Program-made: the position numbers and the translations under genes | Shown here: positions 46,349 through 54,967 of the stretch, piece by piece | Numbering within the stretch: the first letter of the stretch is position 1 | Layout: the number at the start of each line of letters is the position of its first letter | The notes under the pieces: model-generated | Told to the model about the DNA's origin: nothing | The model's input: the letters and a program-made list of their open reading frames with translations, nothing else | Databases searched by the model: none | Assembly (NCBI GenBank): GCA_964450755.1 | Contig: CAYVDJ010000100.1 | Location: 1,665-65,664 of the forward strand | Reading direction: 5' to 3' | Length of the DNA stretch: 64,000 nucleotides | DNA from: an uncultured Campylobacterales bacterium | GTDB taxonomy: Bacteria > Campylobacterota > Campylobacteria > Campylobacterales > JAADDG01

Positions 46349-47426
46349 TTATTGCCTTTGCCACTTTCTCTATCTCCTCATTTTCCAAATGTTCTCCAAT
46401 AGGGATTGACAGAAGTTCTTTGTCACTTTTACAGGCGAAAAAGTCGGAAGTATCCTGTGTCAGATAGCTGTAGGCTTGAAGTTTCGGCAAAGCGGTGGGA
46501 TAGTGCATACCTGTTTGAATATCATTTTTGTTTAGATGCTCTATCAGTTTCTCTCTTTGTTTTACCCTCAAAACAAAAAGATGCCATACCGATTCTCTGT
46601 TTTTGTGAACAAAGGGGAGTGTAATTTTTTGGTTTTTTATATTTTGAAGATAAAAATTTGCTATCTTTTGTCTTTTTTTAATCCATCTTTTTAAATATTT
46701 TAGTTTTACATTCAAAACGGCTGCCTGTAAACCGTCAAGTCTGCTGTTTCTTCCCTCTATCTCATGAGAATATTTCTTTTTGCTTCCGTGGTTTGCATAA
46801 AGTCTTGATCTTTTTGCCAACTCTTCGTCATTTGTTACAACAGCTCCTGCGTCTCCGTAGGCTCCTAGATTTTTGCCCGGATAAAAGCTGAAAGTTGCCA
46901 TATCACCAAAATTTCCGACTTTCTTGCCTTTATAGACGGCTCCGTGAGCCTGAGCGCAGTCCTCTATCACTTTTAGGTTATATGCTTTTGCTATCTTGTT
47001 TATCTCGTCCATATCTGCCGGTTGACCGTAAAGATGAACGGCTATAATGGCTTTTGTCTTTTTGGTTATGAGTTTTTCTATGCTTTTTGGATCGATTAGG
47101 TAGTCATCTTTGACATCGGCAAATATGACTTTGTGAGAGTTTGTTGTTACACTCTCGCTTGTTGCTATGTAGCTGTTTGCAGGAACGATAACCTCGCTTT
47201 TTGGATCAAGTCTCAAAGAGTGCAGAGCTATCTCCAAAGCGTCCGTTCCGTTTCCGACTCCGATACAGTGTTTTACCTCATGAAAAGATGCAAAACTGTT
47301 TTCAAACTCTTTTAAAAATCTCCCCTCGATAAAAGCGTTCTCTTTTATCACGGTTTTTATCGCCTGATCAATCTCTTCTTGAATTGATTGATACTGTTTG
47401 TACAGATCCAAAAATTTTATACTCAT
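46338..47426 (-). CDS. DegT/DnrJ/EryC1/StrS-family sugar aminotransferase (WbpE/GnnB-like)
   Basis: 362 aa with [28 protein letters not shown] (PLP-Lys) and HGS motifs. Confidence 0.88.
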   Translation of the reverse strand: MSIKFLDLYKQYQSIQEEIDQAIKTVIKENAFIEGRFLKEFENSFASFHEVKHCIGVGNGTDALEIALHSLRLDPKSEVIVPANSYIATSESVTTNSHKVIFADVKDDYLIDPKSIEKLITKKTKAIIAVHLYGQPADMDEINKIAKAYNLKVIEDCAQAHGAVYKGKKVGNFGDMATFSFYPGKNLGAYGDAGAVVTNDEELAKRSRLYANHGSKKKYSHEIEGRNSRLDGLQAAVLNVKLKYLKRWIKKRQKIANFYLQNIKNQKITLPFVHKNRESVWHLFVLRVKQREKLIEHLNKNDIQTGMHYPTALPKLQAYSYLTQDTSDFFACKSDKELLSIPIGEHLENEEIEKVAKAINEF

Positions 47427-48412
47427 ATTCTCTCTTTTTTTACTCTTTGAAGTATTTGTGCTGATTTTAGGATGATATCTTCAGAGCTTAAAGTTTTTCT
47501 GCTATAAAGGATATAGTCTCTAAAAGCCTCTATTGCATTGTTTAAAGCCATCGAATCATCAAGTTTCGGTATGAAAATTTCATTCTCGGGATAGGAAATA
47601 TTGTTGTTATAAAGTTCGTTGTTTTTAAATTTTTCCTCAAGATAACTGCCGGTGGAGTATATCTTTATCTTGTTTTGGATTGTATCGTCATAAACTGCCG
47701 TTTTGTTTTCTCCCACTATTATCATCGATCTTACTTTGGATGGATTTATCCATGAGACATTGATATTTATATGGATATTTGAGATTGTATCTATCAGTAT
47801 ATTGGCTATTGCTTCTTTATTATTTGAATAATTTTTATATTTTTGGGTTGTTGTGCAACATCTTTTGATATTTAAATCTATCAAGTGGTCGATGATATAA
47901 AGATCATGAATAGCAAGATCATCTATCACTCCGTCATCATCCCTAAAAAGTCCGAAATTGAGTCTTTGTGAGTTTATATACAAAATTTTTCCAAAACTCT
48001 CTATCTCTCTTTTTAGATATTTGACGGCATTTGAGTATAAAAAGACAAAATCCACAAACAGTTTTTTATCCACTTTTTTGGCAAGTTCTATCAGCTCTTT
48101 TGTTTGCAAAAGAGTCTGAGCAAACGGTTTTTCCACAAAGATATGTTTTTTTGCTTTTAAAGATTTTTTTATCAATTCATAGTGTGTTTTTAGAGGTGTG
48201 GCTATAAAAACCGCCTCTATTTCGCTCTCCAAAAAGCTTTCTATAGTATCAAAAATTTTAAAATCATACTCCTCAGCGGCGCTTTTGATACTCTTTTGGT
48301 TTAGATCAAAGATCGAAAAAAGCTCCAGATTATCGGTGGCTTTAATCGTTCTTGCTATATTTCTGCCCCAATAACCGTATCCTATCAATCCTACTTTTAA
48401 ATGTTTCATCAT
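47423..48412 (-). CDS. Gfo/Idh/MocA-family sugar oxidoreductase (WbpB/GnnA-like)
   Basis: 329 aa with the N-terminal Rossmann motif [15 protein letters not shown] and EKPF. Confidence 0.85.
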   Translation of the reverse strand: MMKHLKVGLIGYGYWGRNIARTIKATDNLELFSIFDLNQKSIKSAAEEYDFKIFDTIESFLESEIEAVFIATPLKTHYELIKKSLKAKKHIFVEKPFAQTLLQTKELIELAKKVDKKLFVDFVFLYSNAVKYLKREIESFGKILYINSQRLNFGLFRDDDGVIDDLAIHDLYIIDHLIDLNIKRCCTTTQKYKNYSNNKEAIANILIDTISNIHININVSWINPSKVRSMIIVGENKTAVYDDTIQNKIKIYSTGSYLEEKFKNNELYNNNISYPENEIFIPKLDDSMALNNAIEAFRDYILYSRKTLSSEDIILKSAQILQRVKKERI

Positions 48413-48417
48413 TTTCC

Positions 48418-49488
48418 TTAAAGAAGCCTCTCTATCTCTTTTGTTATTTTTTCAAATTCGCACTTATCTTGGCAAAAAAATCTTTTGTTGTCAAATCTTT
48501 TGCCAATCATCTCTTTTGCAAACAAAAGACCTTTATTTGCATCATCAGTCCATTTTATCAGATTGTTATCGATGAGATATTTATCGTGAAAGAGCAGAAA
48601 TGACCTTGTCGATATCGTCGGGATTCCCATATAGGCGGCTTCAAGATTCATCGTTCCTCCTCCCCCTATCAAAAGATCGATAAAGGGATAAAACTCTTCT
48701 GGCATTATCTTCTCTTCCAAAATAGTTATATTTTTATCCTTTCCAAAAAGATGATAGAGGTGATCGCTTTCATATCTTGGCATGATGACGATATTTGCAT
48801 CTATGTTTTTGCTTATCTTTTTTGTCAGATCATACAGGATATCAAGTTTCTCTTTTACATAATTTGCTTTAAACTCCTCTTCTCTTACCAAAACGGTATA
48901 TCTGTTTTTGTCCAGATCAAATCTGTCTCTGAAATCTTTTGTTTTGTCTTTTTTTATCTCTTTCATCCACAGACAAATATCGATGAAACCGTACTCTTTG
49001 ATCTTTTTGGGATCGACTCCCGCCTTTACATAAATCTCCTGAGGTATGACAAACGGTCTGAAAATCAGAGTGGAAAGAGCAAAAGTGAGCCGTGAAACAA
49101 AAGTGATGTCGTCATAATTGAAGATATAATTTCTAAGAGGAGTATCGGCGAAATTGACTGAAGCTATTCCAAGAGCCGATGCTGTTTGTATCCCCTCCAC
49201 ACTTGCGCCGCTTAGATGGATTTTGGGGTATCCCTCCTTTTCAAAAAGCTCTGTAAAACCTTTTTGTCTCTCAATCCTTGATAAAAATTTGTCTCTTTTT
49301 GATATACCACCGTATTTTCCGATTATTTTGTGTTTTATGCCGTTTAAAGTCAGTATTTTTGAAGGCTCCTTATAATCCTCACTGTATCTTGTTGTGATGA
49401 GAGTTTTGTATCCCTTTTTGTGCCATAACGGAACCATTTTTGAGAAAAATACCGCATATTTTGGATCTGTGATATCTATCCAGATCAT
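48418..49488 (-). CDS. DUF354-family protein (GT-B/epimerase-like fold, uncharacterised)
   Basis: 356 aa. [15 protein letters not shown]...GYKTLITTR...IIGKYGG...[15 protein letters not shown] matches my recollection of the DUF354 consensus. Confidence 0.6.
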   Translation of the reverse strand: MIWIDITDPKYAVFFSKMVPLWHKKGYKTLITTRYSEDYKEPSKILTLNGIKHKIIGKYGGISKRDKFLSRIERQKGFTELFEKEGYPKIHLSGASVEGIQTASALGIASVNFADTPLRNYIFNYDDITFVSRLTFALSTLIFRPFVIPQEIYVKAGVDPKKIKEYGFIDICLWMKEIKKDKTKDFRDRFDLDKNRYTVLVREEEFKANYVKEKLDILYDLTKKISKNIDANIVIMPRYESDHLYHLFGKDKNITILEEKIMPEEFYPFIDLLIGGGGTMNLEAAYMGIPTISTRSFLLFHDKYLIDNNLIKWTDDANKGLLFAKEMIGKRFDNKRFFCQDKCEFEKITKEIERLL

Positions 49489-50435
49489 AAAGACTCCTCT
49501 TTTAGATATTTTTCAAAGTATTTTATCGTTTTTTCCAATCCCTCTTTTATATTGACTTTCGGTTTCCATTTTAATCTCTCTTTTGCCAAAGATATATCGG
49601 GTTTTCTCATCACCGGATCATCCTGCGGAAGGGGCAGATAGACAATCTTGCTTTTGGAGTTTGTCATCTCTATAACCATATCCGCCAACTCTTTTACGGT
49701 AAATTCCTGCGGATTGCCGATATTAACGGGACCTGTAAAATCATCTTTTGTATTCATCATTTTTACAAGAGCATCTATCAAATCCGCCTGATAGCAGAAA
49801 CTTCTTGTTTGAGAGCCGTCTCCGTAGATCGTGATATCTTCATCTTTTAGAGCCTGAACGATAAAATTGCTTACGACTCTGCCGTCTTTTGGGTGCATAT
49901 TTTCTCCGTAGGTATTGAAAATCCTTACGACTTTTATCTTTAGATTCAGTTGTCTTTGATAGTCGAAAAAGAGAGTTTCTGCGCATCTTTTGCCCTCGTC
50001 ATAACATGCCCTTATGCCGATTGGATTGACCGAGCCGTTATAGTGTTCTGGTTGCGGATGTATCTTCGGATCTCCGTAAACTTCGCTTGTACTTGCCTGT
50101 AAAATTTTGATATTGAGTCTTTTTGCAAGTCCGAGCATATTGATAGCGCCCATAACGGATGTTTTGGTGGTTTGAATCGGATCTTTTTGGTAATGAATCG
50201 GACTTGCCGGACAGGCGAGATTGTAAACCTCGTCAACTTCCGCATAATAGGGAAAACTGATATCGTGTCTTATCAGTTCAAAATATCTGTTATCCATCAG
50301 TTTTTCTATATTTCTTTTTGAACCGGTTATGAAATTGTCCAGACAAAGCACCTCATTGCCTTCATCCAAAAGCCTTTTGCAAAGATGGCTTCCGATAAAT
50401 CCTGCTCCGCCTGTTATCAGAATCCTCTTTTTCAT
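49485..50435 (-). CDS. UDP-glucuronate decarboxylase-type SDR (UXS-like)
   Basis: The ATG at 50435 sits in an ATGA overlap with the upstream stop; the track's GTG at 50456 is less likely. [30 protein letters not shown] and YDEGKR (YxxxK). Confidence 0.85.
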   Translation of the reverse strand: MKKRILITGGAGFIGSHLCKRLLDEGNEVLCLDNFITGSKRNIEKLMDNRYFELIRHDISFPYYAEVDEVYNLACPASPIHYQKDPIQTTKTSVMGAINMLGLAKRLNIKILQASTSEVYGDPKIHPQPEHYNGSVNPIGIRACYDEGKRCAETLFFDYQRQLNLKIKVVRIFNTYGENMHPKDGRVVSNFIVQALKDEDITIYGDGSQTRSFCYQADLIDALVKMMNTKDDFTGPVNIGNPQEFTVKELADMVIEMTNSKSKIVYLPLPQDDPVMRKPDISLAKERLKWKPKVNIKEGLEKTIKYFEKYLKEESL

Positions 50436-51520
50436 ATCTTCTCCATTTCTTTGCACGAGTGTTTTAATCTTTTCATGACGGCTTCTCTTGAGTAGCTTTG
50501 CAAAAACGAATCTTTGATATTTAGATCTATTCTGTTTTCAAGCAAAGAGATGATGATATTTAAAAGTTCTTTTTTGTTGTTATAGTAGATCGCTATCTCG
50601 TCAAACTCTTTGCTTTTGCAGGAGAATTTCGGAACGATGACTTTTCTCTTTAGAAAAATGGCATCGCCGTAAGTTGCCGATTCCATCGTTTTGCCGTAGC
50701 CAAAACTTTTTCTAAGAGGAGTCAAAAATATATCGCACTCGTTTGATAAAGAGATAAACTCTTCATCATTCAAAATTTTTGGGATATATTTTACTTTTAC
50801 AATTCTCTCAAACATTTTTGCAACGCCTTTGCATATCCTGCTCTCACAGTTTCCCACAAGCACAACGGTTATCTTTTCTCTTTGATCCTCATTCAAAGAG
50901 TGCAAAATATCGTAAAAGAGATCATAATCCTTTCTTCTTGGATCGATACTGATAAGACCTATCTCAATCCCGCTTTTGTCAATTCTTGGTTTTACGCTTG
51001 ATTTGATATCGCTAAAATAGCAGGGAATAACGGCTGTTGAAAAATTTTTTGCATTTTTACAGCTTTTTTTGAAATTGTTTTCTATCTGAATACTGTCAAA
51101 GGTGAGGCATTTTACATTTTTCAAAGCAAGGTGTCTTAAAAAATATCCCGTACTAAAACCTTTTATCTGATATCTGTCTATATTTCTTATATGCAAAATG
51201 ATCTTCTTTTTATAAAAAAGAGTAAAAAGATAGAAACCAAAAGTTATAGCTATGTTGCTAAACCAGTCTCTCCATTCGGGTCCTGTTTGTATAAAAACAA
51301 GATCATATTTTCGTGCGCGAAAAAGAAGTTTCCAGTAGATCGTGTTTTGGTTTTTTATATTTTCTTTACGGTTGCTTGGAACCTGCTCGACAAGTTCTCT
51401 GTTTTTGTAGATGATCGTATCTACCTCATCAAACTCTTTTTTAAAAAAAGAGTAGATATGAGAGAGGATTCTGTAATGAAAACTAAACTCGACTATCAGA
51501 GCTTTTTTAAATGGTTTCAT
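50432..51520 (-). CDS. Uncharacterised GT-B-like glycosyltransferase
   Basis: 362 aa. The C-terminal half (VLVGN...CDIFLTPL...[17 protein letters not shown]) resembles GT1/GT4 C-domains. The assignment is weak. Confidence 0.45.
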   Translation of the reverse strand: MKPFKKALIVEFSFHYRILSHIYSFFKKEFDEVDTIIYKNRELVEQVPSNRKENIKNQNTIYWKLLFRARKYDLVFIQTGPEWRDWFSNIAITFGFYLFTLFYKKKIILHIRNIDRYQIKGFSTGYFLRHLALKNVKCLTFDSIQIENNFKKSCKNAKNFSTAVIPCYFSDIKSSVKPRIDKSGIEIGLISIDPRRKDYDLFYDILHSLNEDQREKITVVLVGNCESRICKGVAKMFERIVKVKYIPKILNDEEFISLSNECDIFLTPLRKSFGYGKTMESATYGDAIFLKRKVIVPKFSCKSKEFDEIAIYYNNKKELLNIIISLLENRIDLNIKDSFLQSYSREAVMKRLKHSCKEMEKI

Positions 51521-52571
51521 ATATATTCATCCTCTCAAATATCTGTAACAAAATATCGTTGATATCATATTTGTAATCCCACTCTTTATAGTGTGATCTA
51601 AATTTACCCACATCGCTTATCCACCAGATATGATCTCCTATACGGTTTGTTTTGCTGTATATATAGTTCATCTTCTTTCCGGTTATCTCTTCGCATATAG
51701 ATATGGCTTCCATGATGGAGCAGTTACTGTGTCTGCTTCCTCCCACATTATAGACCTCCGCATTTTTTGGATTTTTATAAAAGTGCCAAAACATATTGAT
51801 TAGATCAAAAGAGTGGATATTGTCTCTGACCTGTTTTCCTTTGTATCCGAGTATCGTATAGGTTTCACCGCTTATGGCGCATTTCATCAGATAACTTAAA
51901 AAGCCGTGAAGTTTTGTTCCGCTGTGGTTTGGTCCCGTCAGACATCCTCCTCTGAAAATTCCTGTTTTCATACCAAAATATCTGCCGTACTCCTGTACCA
52001 AAATATCTGCCGAAACTTTACTTGCGCCAAAAAGAGAGTGTTTTGTGTTGTCTATGCTCATTGACTCGTCTATACCGTTGAAATAGGGATGACTCTCTTC
52101 TATCTCCCATCTTGTTTCAAGCTCTTTCAGCGGTAAAAAGTTCGGTCTCTCTCCGTAAACCTTGTTTGTGGAGGTAAATATAAAAACACTTTCAAAAGAG
52201 TGCTTTCTCGCAGCTTCCAAAAGATTTAGAGTGCCTGTTGCATTGATGGAAAAATCTTTGAAAGGATCTTTTACCGCCCAGTCATGGCTTGGTTGTGCGG
52301 CTGTGTGGATTATCAGTTTGATATCTTTGTTGTACTCTTTGAAAATCTTTTCTATTGCGTTTTGTTCTCTTATATCCACATCATAATGGATATAGTTTGG
52401 TATTTTGTTTTTCAAATCTCTTTTGTTTTGGAGATTTGAAGCCTCTTTGCCAAAAAGCTCCTCTCTCATGTTGTTGTCTATCCCTATGACATAATCAAAT
52501 CTTTCTGCGAAAAATTCCACACTCTCTCTTCCGATAAGTCCGGCACTTCCCGTTATCAGACAAATATCCAT
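51507..52571 (-). CDS. NAD-dependent sugar epimerase/dehydratase (CDP-paratose-2-epimerase-like SDR)
   Basis: 354 aa with [20 protein letters not shown] (YxxxK variant region) and [11 protein letters not shown]. Confidence 0.8.
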   Translation of the reverse strand: MDICLITGSAGLIGRESVEFFAERFDYVIGIDNNMREELFGKEASNLQNKRDLKNKIPNYIHYDVDIREQNAIEKIFKEYNKDIKLIIHTAAQPSHDWAVKDPFKDFSINATGTLNLLEAARKHSFESVFIFTSTNKVYGERPNFLPLKELETRWEIEESHPYFNGIDESMSIDNTKHSLFGASKVSADILVQEYGRYFGMKTGIFRGGCLTGPNHSGTKLHGFLSYLMKCAISGETYTILGYKGKQVRDNIHSFDLINMFWHFYKNPKNAEVYNVGGSRHSNCSIMEAISICEEITGKKMNYIYSKTNRIGDHIWWISDVGKFRSHYKEWDYKYDINDILLQIFERMNIYETI

Positions 52572-53593
52572 TTCAACTCCTCCTGATTATCCTCGATCCA
52601 CTCCAAAGTTTCCATAATCGTATCTTTTATATCTCTTTTGGGTTTCCAGCCTGATTTTGAAATTTTGCCGTTATCGGTTATGTAGTATTTTATATCAAGC
52701 TCTCTGTTTTCTTTGAACAAAACGCTTTTGTCTTTTATAACCTTTTTGCAAAATCTATCCAGCTCTATCAGTGACAAAGAGGAGTTTAAACCTCCCCCCA
52801 CATTGAAAGTCTCTTTGTTAAAAAGAGTGAAATTGTGAATTTGAAGGTCGATAAGATCAAAAAGATCGTTTATATTCAAGATATCTCTTACCTGTTTGCC
52901 GTTGCCGAAAATCGTCAAAGGTTTGTCAAAAAAGTAACTTGCCACCCAAAACGCCACTATCCCCTGATCTGCTTTTCCAAACTGTCCGGCTCCCGCGATA
53001 ACACCGCATCTGTTGATAACGGCATCCAGTGAAAACATATTTACATATTCGTTTATGATAAGTTCGCTTGAGAGTTTTGTCGCTCCATAGAGTGTTCTGT
53101 ATCCTTTTAACGGCAGGTTTTCGCTAAAACCCTCTTTTGTAACTCCCTCTGTATCGTTTTGTCCCATCTCATATCTTGTATCGCTCTCTTTGTAATCAAG
53201 TGAGTTTATCAGATCAACGGGATAGACTCTGCTTGTAGATAAAAAGATGATTTTTGCCCTGTTTTTAAGAGAGATTTCCAAAGAGTTTATCAAGCCGCCC
53301 AGATTTGTGTCGATAAGATATTTTCTATCTCCGTCCATTCCCGCCAATACCGACGCTTCGGCACTTGCCTCTATCAGAAGATCAAAAGAGAGAGTGTTTA
53401 AATCGTCCATGTTTCTTATATCGCCGTGGATAAATTCTATATCATATTTTTTAAATTCTTTGAGGTTTAGTTCGCTTCCTCTTCTTCTTAGATTGTCAAA
53501 TACGACTATCTGATAATTTGGATATTTTGTTTTCAACTTTACAGCGATAGAACTTCCTACAAATCCCGCTCCACCCGTTATCAATATCTTCAA
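52556..53593 (-). CDS. NAD-dependent sugar epimerase/dehydratase (second SDR paralogue)
   Basis: 345 aa with [13 protein letters not shown] and YGATKLSSE (YxxxK). Confidence 0.8.
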   Translation of the reverse strand: MKILITGGAGFVGSSIAVKLKTKYPNYQIVVFDNLRRRGSELNLKEFKKYDIEFIHGDIRNMDDLNTLSFDLLIEASAEASVLAGMDGDRKYLIDTNLGGLINSLEISLKNRAKIIFLSTSRVYPVDLINSLDYKESDTRYEMGQNDTEGVTKEGFSENLPLKGYRTLYGATKLSSELIINEYVNMFSLDAVINRCGVIAGAGQFGKADQGIVAFWVASYFFDKPLTIFGNGKQVRDILNINDLFDLIDLQIHNFTLFNKETFNVGGGLNSSLSLIELDRFCKKVIKDKSVLFKENRELDIKYYITDNGKISKSGWKPKRDIKDTIMETLEWIEDNQEELKWIFV

Positions 53594-53602
53594 TCACTCT
53601 CC

Positions 53603-54967
53603 TTAGGATTCTTGGAGTTGTTCAACAACTCTTTGCCATTTTCTGTTTCCGTCTGTTTCTCTGTTATAGTTTTCATCTATTTTTGCCTCTTCAAAATTTT
53701 TCAACTCCCCTTTTTGAGAAAGTGTGGAGAGAGGAGTTCCGTCCATCTCCGCACAGCCTGATGTCTGATAGCTGTCAAACTCCGCCTCTTCTATAAATCT
53801 CATAGTCATTCTCATCTGTTCGTAACTCTCTCCGGGCAGTCCGAAAGTAAAAGAGCCGTGAATACTCATACCGAGATTTTTGATATGTTTTATTACTTTT
53901 TTGGCATATTTTAGATCAAGATGTTTGTTTACAATTTTATCCACAACAAACTGGCTTCCGCTCTCAAATCCCAGACTTACACCAAAACATCCCGATTTTT
54001 TCATGATATCCCAAGTTTCCATCTTGATGGTATCTGCTCTGCACATGGCAGACCATGCAATATCATATTTTGCCAAAACCTCACACATCTCTTTTGTGTG
54101 CCTGTCTCCGAGGTTGAAAGTATCATCATCAAACCACAGTGATTTGAATTTCAGATCATTTACCAGATAATCCACATACTTTTCCATATACTCTTTGTTG
54201 TAGTATCTTACTTTTCTTATCTTTGTGCCGTCTGGATCATCTCCGCTCATCGTCGCAGGCCAGACGCAGAAGATACATTTAAAAGGACATCCTCTACTCG
54301 CCCAGACATGGGCATGGGGGAAGATCTGCCCAAGCGGTCTGTTGTTGTAGTAGTTATACAAGACATCTTTTTCAAAAAGCGGAAAAGGGGCATTGTTCAT
54401 CTCCTCTTCACTCAAAAGGTCATACTCTATAACTCCGCTCTCTCCTTTTAGAACTTTTACGCTTCCTTTCTCATATTCCCCTTTGATAACGGCATAGATA
54501 TCAAGCTCTTTTATGATCTCTTCTCCCCTTACACTGACGGGTCCTGTTATGATTATCTTGCTTTTTGGAGATATTTTTCGTATCTTTTTTATAAGAGTTT
54601 TGTCATGCTCAAAACTTGGGGTGGAGGACTCGAAAAATATATAATCAAAAAGCTCCTTTTTCAGATAGGAAAGATAACTCTCATAGGACTCTTTTCTTGC
54701 GATACTGTCTCTTAAGATGATCTTACAAGAGGTGTGTCTCTTTGCATAAGAGGCGGCATAAGCCATAAAATAGGGAAAAGGTATATAATCTTTATAGACA
54801 AAATTGTCAGGGCTTGACTGACCGAGATAGAGATACGGCCATCTGCTTCCGGCTCTTACTCCCTGATAGTATCTGTATTCTCTTTTTAACTCTCCCGTAT
54901 TCCAGTCTTTAAACTCCTGCCAGTTTTGTTCTCCCCACCATGGGGCGTTACAAAAGAGCGCTTTCAT
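53603..54967 (-). CDS. B12-binding-domain radical SAM enzyme (class B type)
   Basis: 454 aa. CxxxCxxC cluster motif RGCPFKCIFC is encoded at 54266-54289. The N-terminal 200 aa or so have a Rossmann-like cobalamin-domain pattern (KIIITGP...). Confidence 0.8.
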   Translation of the reverse strand: MKALFCNAPWWGEQNWQEFKDWNTGELKREYRYYQGVRAGSRWPYLYLGQSSPDNFVYKDYIPFPYFMAYAASYAKRHTSCKIILRDSIARKESYESYLSYLKKELFDYIFFESSTPSFEHDKTLIKKIRKISPKSKIIITGPVSVRGEEIIKELDIYAVIKGEYEKGSVKVLKGESGVIEYDLLSEEEMNNAPFPLFEKDVLYNYYNNRPLGQIFPHAHVWASRGCPFKCIFCVWPATMSGDDPDGTKIRKVRYYNKEYMEKYVDYLVNDLKFKSLWFDDDTFNLGDRHTKEMCEVLAKYDIAWSAMCRADTIKMETWDIMKKSGCFGVSLGFESGSQFVVDKIVNKHLDLKYAKKVIKHIKNLGMSIHGSFTFGLPGESYEQMRMTMRFIEEAEFDSYQTSGCAEMDGTPLSTLSQKGELKNFEEAKIDENYNRETDGNRKWQRVVEQLQES

